54,645 nt of DNA, from positions 1 through 54,645 of the IMG/VR virus record IMGVR_UViG_3300048833_000212; one strand, given 5' to 3'. Positions 49,357 to 54,645 of the stretch are shown here, in pieces. Made by a program: the position numbers and the translations under genes. Within the stretch, counting starts at the first letter, position 1; each line of letters starts with the position of its first letter. A model generated the notes under the pieces. The model ran no database searches and was not told the origin of the DNA. It saw only the letters and a list, made by a program, of their open reading frames with translations. This DNA comes from a virus (lineage: Duplodnaviria > Caudoviricetes).

Positions 49357-49766
49357 CACGCAGCCTCCTTCGCCAGCGCGATCTTCTCTGCGAAGGGAAG
49401 CGCGCTCCACTCCTTCTTCTCTTCGGTGCTCAGGCCGCAGTAGCTGTCGAAGCATCCGAGGTTCACCACGCAGTCTGCGATGTCGTCTGCGCCCATCTCA
49501 TCCGCGCCATCGATGTCGAATGCGATTGCGTTCCAGACGCGCGAGCATGCCTGGATGAAAGTCTTTCGGTCAGTAAGCCTTCTGGCCCACTCGCAGACGA
49601 TCTTGAACTCATCGCCAAGATCGTTGGCGGCCCATCCGCCATTGTTGTCCCATGGGTCAAGCCGTGTGACCGTCGCCCACTCTCGCGGCCCATCTCCTGA
49701 CAGGCTCAACGGATAGGAAATGCGATCCCCAACCGCAAGACCGTAGTGCCGCCCGTTTCTGCACAT
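49356..49766 (-). CDS. hypothetical protein
   Basis: GGAGG RBS; TGATG overlaps. Confidence 0.7.
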   Translation of the reverse strand: MCRNGRHYGLAVGDRISYPLSLSGDGPREWATVTRLDPWDNNGGWAANDLGDEFKIVCEWARRLTDRKTFIQACSRVWNAIAFDIDGADEMGADDIADCVVNLGCFDSYCGLSTEEKKEWSALPFAEKIALAKEAA

Positions 49767-50017
49767 CACGCAGCCTCCATCATCTCGGCGCGGAACTCCC
49801 AGAGGTCTTGCGCCTCATTGAAGGAGAAGTGCCGCACGATCCAGTCTGCGCACTCGGTGCTGGTGGCCGTCATCGCCCACCGTCCCTTCGTGCCGTAGAA
49901 ATCCTTGTGGGACTCATACACCCACTCGCGCAGGCTGTCGTGAAGGTCGCGCTCTTCGCCCTGCGCAGCCTCCAACAAGCGCACGCGATCCTTCGCCTGC
50001 TTCTCATCCAACACCAT
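49766..50017 (-). CDS. hypothetical protein (MVLDEKQ...)
   Basis: AAGGAG RBS after a ribozyme; YESHKDFYG.K.R motif. Confidence 0.7.
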   Translation of the reverse strand: MVLDEKQAKDRVRLLEAAQGEERDLHDSLREWVYESHKDFYGTKGRWAMTATSTECADWIVRHFSFNEAQDLWEFRAEMMEAA

Positions 50018-50031
50018 CGTCTCGCTCCTTC

Positions 50032-50099
50032 GGCTCATCAGGTGGGGTCCATCCCCACGACGCTCCCCGGAACCTCGCGGCGCCAGGGAGCGTTTCGCC
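50032..50099 (-). ncRNA. type II hammerhead ribozyme
   Basis: ggc-GAAA-cgcuccc...ggggagc-GUC^-gugggg-augga-ccccac-CUGAUGA-gcc; cut 50059/50058. Confidence 0.93.
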
Positions 50100-50100
50100 A

Positions 50101-50325
50101 TCAGTCGTCGCCTGCTTCCTTCGGCACGATCTTTGCGCCAGCACCGAAGCCTTCGGTGATCACCTTCCCATCCGGCTCGCAGGCGATCTTCACGCCATGG
50201 ATGCTGACCACGAGAGGTCGCGACTGGAACACGATGCCGACCTGCCGCAGCGTCTCCTTTCCGCGCTTCCACACGAGCGTGACACTCATGCCGTATTTGA
50301 ATTTGAGGTCGCTGCCGATTGCCAT
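50101..50325 (-). CDS. hypothetical protein (MAIGSD...)
   Basis: AGGAGG RBS; the stop abuts the ribozyme. Confidence 0.7.
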   Translation of the reverse strand: MAIGSDLKFKYGMSVTLVWKRGKETLRQVGIVFQSRPLVVSIHGVKIACEPDGKVITEGFGAGAKIVPKEAGDD

Positions 50326-50621
50326 CACGCGACCTCCTGCGTGGAGAGAGGGATCACCGACTGATAGAGGCTCCACGCGAGCCACCGACCGCCAGTGCGC
50401 TTCCGGACCTCCGCCAGCAGAGCGTCCCAGGTCATGCCCGTCTCCCCCTCCACTTCTGCGATGGCGTCCAGCACCACGCGATCCACGCCGCCATATGCGA
50501 GCGTAGCGCACTCACTCGGCGCGTGGAAAGCAGCCATGTCTTCGCTGATGTCTGCCATCAGCTGGATCGCCTGCTCATTCGCGCGCCACACGCGACCGAA
50601 AGCCGCGCCAAGGTTCATCAT
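50325..50621 (-). CDS. hypothetical protein
   Basis: GGAG RBS; TGATG overlap. Confidence 0.7.
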   Translation of the reverse strand: MMNLGAAFGRVWRANEQAIQLMADISEDMAAFHAPSECATLAYGGVDRVVLDAIAEVEGETGMTWDALLAEVRKRTGGRWLAWSLYQSVIPLSTQEVA

Positions 50622-50635
50622 CACTCTCACTCCGT

Positions 50636-51025
50636 TCAGGTCTTGATGCGGTTCAGGATGCGGGTGAACTCGCGAAGGAGTTCCCCGCGCGCTTCTGTCT
50701 TCGCAGCCTCCAGCGCGTTGGAGAAGATGTCAGTGCTGCCAGAGGTCGCATTGCAGGCGGAGGTCAGCAGGCGATCCGACAAGTGGGCCACCGTCTCGCG
50801 CGCCGTCGCGATCATCGCATCATCATCCTCCATGCAGTGAGGGTCGAAGCGATAGAGTTCATCAGCAGTGAACTGCGCGACGGCCAGACGGCGCGTGTCG
50901 CTCCAGTCAAGCCTTCCACCATCTGCCAGCGCCTCGCTCATCGCCTTCGCGCGGCTCAAGGCTTCGTCTCGCGCACCCTCGACATTGGCGAGGATCATCT
51001 GCGCAGCGCGGCTCTTCGTCTTCAT
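50636..51025 (-). CDS. hypothetical protein (MKTKSRAA...)
   Basis: AAGGA RBS after a ribozyme. Confidence 0.7.
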   Translation of the reverse strand: MKTKSRAAQMILANVEGARDEALSRAKAMSEALADGGRLDWSDTRRLAVAQFTADELYRFDPHCMEDDDAMIATARETVAHLSDRLLTSACNATSGSTDIFSNALEAAKTEARGELLREFTRILNRIKT

Positions 51026-51039
51026 CGTCTCGTTCCTTC

Positions 51040-51107
51040 GGCTCATCAGGTGGGGTCCATCCCCACGACGCTCCCCGGAACCTCGCGGCGCCGGGGAGCG
51101 TTTCGCC
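51040..51107 (-). ncRNA. type II hammerhead ribozyme
   Basis: Near-identical to the 50032 copy; cut 51067/51066. Confidence 0.93.
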
Positions 51108-51109
51108 AT

Positions 51110-51850
51110 TCACTTGAGCAGGCCTGCGGTCTTCGTCGCAGCAGGCTTCTTGTCGGCGCCAACCGACATCGTCAGCTGCGCCTTCGCGCCGTGCTCCCGC
51201 CCGGCTTCGCTCGCTGCCGAGTAGCGGTTCACCGTCACAGCCTTGCGCGGCTTCGCCAGCTTCACGTTGTTGTCCACCCAGGCCTGCGCAGCCGACATCT
51301 TCGCCTCATAGAGGTTGACGACCACGAGCGCACGCCCATCGCTCTCAGCGGTGCCGCCTTCCTTCGCCTGCTTGATGAGTTCCTTGCAGCGCCAGTAGAT
51401 CGTCTTGGCTGCCGCATTCGTGAAGTCGGTGCGCGCGCGAGCCGCAGTCAGCTGCATGTTCGCCTTCGCAGCGATCAGCGCGCCAGCCCACACGCCGCTC
51501 AAGATCATCTTCGCGACCGAGTGTGCGACCTCCACATCTGCGCGCGTCCCCACGAAGGTCACGATCAGCGTCTGCGACGGGGAGCGGGTCCAGTAGAATT
51601 TGCAGAAGTAAAGTTCAGCGATGGCGGAGCAAATCCAGCGCGACCACGGGCTGGTGTTGAACTTGTAGCCAAAGGTCGCAGCGTCCACCGTCTCTTCCAC
51701 CGCATCGTCGCCTGCGATGTCAGCCTGGCTGAGGTTGTGCTCCAAGAGCATCGCGTGCGCCTTCGCCAGCGCGCTCTGGCGCTCCGCTTCGCTGCTGTTG
51801 TTGTTGGCGAGCGCCAGCAGCTTGCGAATGCGGTCAATCGTCTTTTCCAT
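51110..51850 (-). CDS. DUF2786-domain protein
   Basis: IDRIRKLLALA....SEAE...ALAKA..MLLEHNLS; FVG...DVE.A; G...G. Confidence 0.85.
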   Translation of the reverse strand: MEKTIDRIRKLLALANNNSSEAERQSALAKAHAMLLEHNLSQADIAGDDAVEETVDAATFGYKFNTSPWSRWICSAIAELYFCKFYWTRSPSQTLIVTFVGTRADVEVAHSVAKMILSGVWAGALIAAKANMQLTAARARTDFTNAAAKTIYWRCKELIKQAKEGGTAESDGRALVVVNLYEAKMSAAQAWVDNNVKLAKPRKAVTVNRYSAASEAGREHGAKAQLTMSVGADKKPAATKTAGLLK

Positions 51851-51868
51851 CTCAGTCTCCTTCGTGTG

Positions 51869-51933
51869 GGCTCATCAGGTGGGGTCCATCCCCACGACAC
51901 ATCCCTGCTCCTGGGAGCAGGGAGTGTTTCGCC
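51869..51933 (-). ncRNA. type II hammerhead ribozyme
   Basis: ggc-GAAA-cacucccugcuc..gagcagggaugu-GUC^-gugggg-augga-ccccac-CUGAUGA-gcc; cut 51896/51895. Confidence 0.93.
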
Positions 51934-51935
51934 AT

Positions 51936-52160
51936 TCACTTCCGCGCGCGGCGCGGCTTCGTCGTGGTCACGTTCCCGTGGGCGATGTCCCAGCGGACAT
52001 CGACCGGGCGGCCACCCTTCGCCACAAAGTCTTCGTAGGTGATGCCAGGGTTGCGGAGGATGATCTTCATGGAGTGGAAGCCGCAGCTGTCCTTCCGGCG
52101 CGGGTTGGTCGCGACGGTCGGAAAGAGCGGCTTGGAAGCAATGGAAGAGATGCGGGCCAT
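51936..52160 (-). CDS. stand-alone copy of the small domain found in 45397 and 45757 (74 aa)
   Basis: NPRRKDSCGFHSMKIILRNPGITYEDFVAKGGRPVDVRWD. Confidence 0.8.
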   Translation of the reverse strand: MARISSIASKPLFPTVATNPRRKDSCGFHSMKIILRNPGITYEDFVAKGGRPVDVRWDIAHGNVTTTKPRRARK

Positions 52161-52179
52161 TGTCGTGTTCCTTCGTGTG

Positions 52180-52232
52180 GGCTCATCAGGTGGGGTCCAT
52201 CCCCACGACGCTCCAATGCGGAGCGTTTCGCC
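52180..52232 (-). ncRNA. type II hammerhead ribozyme (shortest copy)
   Basis: ggc-GAAA-cgcucc-gcauu-ggagc-GUC^-gugggg-augga-ccccac-CUGAUGA-gcc; cut 52207/52206. Confidence 0.93.
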
Positions 52233-52234
52233 AT

Positions 52235-52381
52235 TCACTTCGCAGCGCGCCTCTCAGCAGCGCGCGCTTCCTTCAGCTGCTCACGCAGCTTCGCGACCCG
52301 GCGCAGCAGCGCCTCTGTCGGATAGGAAGCGGCGTGGATGCGTGCGGTTAAGAGGCGCGCTGCAATCGTCTTCGCGTTCAT
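52235..52381 (-). CDS. 48-aa basic helical peptide (not in the ORF track)
   Basis: MNAKTIAARLLTARIHAASYPTEALLRRVAKLREQLKEARAAERRAAK*; AAGGA RBS; bracketed by two ribozymes. Confidence 0.7.
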   Translation of the reverse strand: MNAKTIAARLLTARIHAASYPTEALLRRVAKLREQLKEARAAERRAAK

Positions 52382-52396
52382 CGTCGTGTTCCTTTG

Positions 52397-52459
52397 GACT
52401 CATCAGGCGAGGTCTATCCCCGCGACCTTCGCGGCGCCGAGGCGCCGCTAGGTTTCGTC
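52397..52459 (-). ncRNA. type II hammerhead ribozyme (first in the transcript)
   Basis: gac-GAAA-ccuagcggcgcc-uc-ggcgccgcgaag-GUC^-gcgggg-auaga-ccucgc-CUGAUGA-guc; compensatory changes in stems I and II; cut 52424/52423. Confidence 0.92.
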
Positions 52460-52800
52460 GTTGTTTTTGTTTGGTTGAGAAGACCTGGGGTTAACCTTCC
52501 GAGCGTCGCTGCTGTCTCCGTCTCCTTCCCCTGTGGGTGCGCCTCCCGGCGCTCCTTTCTGGTAGGAAGATCGGCGCATGCTTCGCCTTCTTCTCTGGGT
52601 TCGCTCCGGTGGGTCGCTTCCTCTCCCAGGCTCTTCCGCCGCAGGGGTTAGAGGGTCGCTCTCCGAAACTACTAGCCGGTCAACTACCGGCCGGTTTTTT
52701 CGTCGCTCTTCGGTCCCTTCCGGGAGCCTGCGACGGGGAACCGTATCCCCGCTTCGCTACTCAGCGCCTCCTGGGGATCAGCCCCACCGCGTTTCGCCAG
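52460..52800 (-). ncRNA. candidate structured leader RNA
   Basis: About 340 nt without a convincing gene; several short stems, two capped by GNRA loops; lies between the putative promoter and the first hammerhead. Confidence 0.4.
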
Positions 52801-52803
52801 ACC

Positions 52804-52832
52804 TTTATCGTCCAGCGCCTGGAGGAAGGGAA
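52804..52832 (-). promoter_or_regulatory. putative leftward promoter TTCCCT-N17-GATAAA
   Basis: Same motif family; heads the minus-strand arm. Confidence 0.5.
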
Positions 52833-53338
52833 GCAGGAAAAGTGATGGAACCCAAAAAATTTTTGCATAGAGAGGAACGCGCGCGCGGCTTCTGCAGAAG
52901 GCTCCCTGCCCGGCCACCGGGAGAGGTCGCACCCGGCTCCCCTCCGATGGGCGCCGGGGAGGCGCACCCGGCTCCCCTCCCTCCGGTGGGGTCCGGACCT
53001 CGCACCCCACCCCTCGCCCATCCCTGCCCAGCCGCGCCCCATTCCAGGGGAGGGAGGGGAGGCGACGAAAGCGGACACCCACAGGAATGGGCTAGGATGG
53101 GCGCCTAGGCCTGTCTCCCGGTTCCGCACAAGATCGTATGTCCCACGCTCCGAAAACCAGCCTAGCACCCCTCCCTGAAGATGTGAAATCTATTCTTGCA
53201 ATTACTGCATTGTTACGATCCGTTTTCAGTATTGGCTGCAAGAACTCGTGCAGTATTGGAAGAACTCATCAAGTGAAAGAAGGCTGGTGAAAGGTCTAAA
53301 TAATTAGTTCATCCAGTTTGACTTTCCTTATCTTCCCC

Positions 53339-53545
53339 AGATCATTCCGGCTCCCAAAGGCATGTCGGGCTGGAGCCGGATCATTCTTGCAGCGGGCTGA
53401 CCGACCTTCCGCCAGAGGATCATTCCTCCAGCGTCCCAGGTTCCCTTCTGGCAGAGGATCATTCTTGCAGCGGGCTGACCGACCTTCCGCCAAAGGATCA
53501 TTCCTCCAGCGGCTGGACCTTCGACCTTTTGCCAGAGGATCATTC
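53339..53545. repeat. tandem array of six GATCATTC-anchored units, period 39 (once 42) bp
   Basis: Anchors at 53339, 53378, 53417, 53456, 53495, 53537; units 2 and 4 are nearly identical. Confidence 0.9.
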
Positions 53546-53699
53546 TGCTGGTAGTGTGAACTGGCTCCCCACCGCGACGATCCCCCGGCGCCGCGATGGC
53601 GATGCTGGCAGTCACCGGCTCTTCGATGATGGGCGGAGACTTTACTGAACATGTCATGAATAGTTGAAGAACTGTTTCACCAGCACCAGGAAAACCAGC

Positions 53700-53728
53700 T
53701 TTCCTTCCACGAAGAGTTCCCCGATTAT
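53700..53728 (+). promoter_or_regulatory. putative rightward promoter TTTCCT-N17-GATTAT
   Basis: Same motif family; upstream of the SSB-like gene. Confidence 0.5.
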
Positions 53729-53788
53729 TCCGCCTGCCGCAAAAGTGGTGTGGATAACCCGCACACAAGTCGGCAGGAGACTTATGCT

Positions 53789-54645
53789 GTGAAGAATAAA
53801 GACGCCAAGACGAAGGAAGCGGAAGTGCCGACTGCTTCCGATGTGGTCACCGAGACCACGATGGACAAGCTGCCGGTCCCGCTGGACCCGCCCGATACAT
53901 CGGATGACTTCTCCGAACATGCCGGCGCAGGCATGGAGAATGTCGGCGCTGCCGACCTCCTGGTGCCGCGCCTCACGATCCTCCAGCAGCTGTCGCCCCA
54001 GCTGAATGACCGCAAGGCGGAGTTCATCGAAGGCGCGAAGCAGGGGATGCTCTGCGACGTGGGCGTGGGCGAGGTCTGGACGGCCATCCACTTCGTGCCC
54101 TGCCACTATGAGAAGGTCTGGCTGGAGTGGGCGCCGCGCGCTTCCGGGAAGGGACTGGTGGCCGTCCACAACTCCCCGGCCATCCTCGACAAGTGCCGGC
54201 TGAATGAGAAGAACCAGCCGATGAATGGGCCGAACCTCGTGAGCGAGACGGCGCAGGTGTATGGCATCAACCTCTCGGCTGGTGGCCGTCGCTCCTTCAT
54301 CTCCTTCGCGAGCACCCAGCTGAAGAGCGCGCGCAAGTGGATGATGCTCGCCACCGGGGAGAAGCTGATGAGCGCGAAGACCGGGAAGGAGTTCACGCCT
54401 CCCCTGTTCTATCGCAGCTACATCATCGACAGCACGATGACCAGCAATGCGGAGGGTGACTGGTTCCTCTATCGCGTGGCGCGGGCGGAGGCTCTGCCTG
54501 CTCTCGCGGCGCCGGGTGGACCGTTCCCCACGCTGAACTGGAAGTCGCTCCGCGATGAGTGCGTGGCCTTCGCTGACTCGCTGCGTCGTGGCGAGATGAA
54601 GGCGGATGCCTCCACGCTCGCTGACGATCCCTCGGCTGGCTCCAG
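53789..54645 (+). CDS. putative ssDNA-binding/annealing protein (about 295 aa, continues to nt 158)
   Basis: GTG after AGGAGA; AGAGMENV...DLLVPRLTILQQLSPQ, LEWAPR, STQLKSARKW, PPLF, SNAEGDW. Missing from the ORF track because it wraps the join. Confidence 0.75.
   Translation, partial: MKNKDAKTKEAEVPTASDVVTETTMDKLPVPLDPPDTSDDFSEHAGAGMENVGAADLLVPRLTILQQLSPQLNDRKAEFIEGAKQGMLCDVGVGEVWTAIHFVPCHYEKVWLEWAPRASGKGLVAVHNSPAILDKCRLNEKNQPMNGPNLVSETAQVYGINLSAGGRRSFISFASTQLKSARKWMMLATGEKLMSAKTGKEFTPPLFYRSYIIDSTMTSNAEGDWFLYRVARAEALPALAAPGGPFPTLNWKSLRDECVAFADSLRRGEMKADASTLADDPSAGS
54519..54645. repeat. 127-bp terminal overlap identical to 1-127
   Basis: Exact match. Confidence 0.97.

Noticed and set aside
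49766-52238. ORF-track N-terminal extensions such as MAKRSPAPRGSGERRGDGPHLMSRR and MNGETL...WGWTPPDEP
   Set aside because: They are translations of the ribozyme repeats. The real starts are the ATGs after the AAGGA motifs.
49119-52459. Intergenic repeats read as a CRISPR array or simple terminators
   Set aside because: The intervals are whole genes, no cas genes are present and there are no U tracts. The conserved nucleotides are the hammerhead core.
52755-52800. Possible eighth hammerhead (ggcGAAAc...cugaguag)
   Set aside because: No stem III closing on an NUH triplet, and CUGAGUA does not fit CUGANGA.
53339-53545. Mini-CRISPR array
   Set aside because: The constant part is only about 9 bp and the intervening sequences repeat each other.
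54519-54645. Terminal direct repeat as a biological DTR
   Set aside because: It is exactly 127 nt, a common assembler k-mer size, and lies mid-gene. The packaging genes point to ends near 19.6 kb.
1-54645. tRNA, integrase, repressor, reverse transcriptase/DGR
   Set aside because: No cloverleaf or diagnostic protein motifs were recognised.

Overview
The window is an essentially complete, circularly permuted dsDNA tailed-phage genome. It is GC-rich, and bases 1-127 are identical to 54519-54645, giving a unit length of about 54,518 bp. It looks like a lytic siphovirus: no integrase, repressor or tRNA was seen. An Omp25-like beta-barrel gene hints at an alphaproteobacterial host. Layout: (i) a rightward nucleotide-metabolism and replication arm (SSB-like gene across the join, HD hydrolase, FAD oxidoreductase, divergent ThyX, HAD phosphatase, MazG-like protein, DEDDh exonuclease, DnaE split over two genes, RepB-type primase, Toprim/DUF5906 helicase, AT-rich origin-like region); (ii) an HNH/terminase/HK97-type head and lambda-like tail module with a protease-capsid fusion and a portal-collagen fusion; (iii) exported-protein and lysis genes; (iv) a leftward, probably early, arm (43.6-52.8 kb). 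The most striking signal is in that leftward arm: seven type II hammerhead ribozymes with intact GAAAC...GUC / CUGAUGA cores and covarying stems. Six begin 0-2 nt after a stop codon and six end just before a Shine-Dalgarno sequence. This suggests a self-processing polycistronic mRNA. Other notable items are the intein-less split DnaE, a genome-wide iterated CGGCGCCG palindrome, three paralogous small putative DNA-binding domains and a 39-bp-period array. All protein calls rest on motif recognition by eye; no database search was run.
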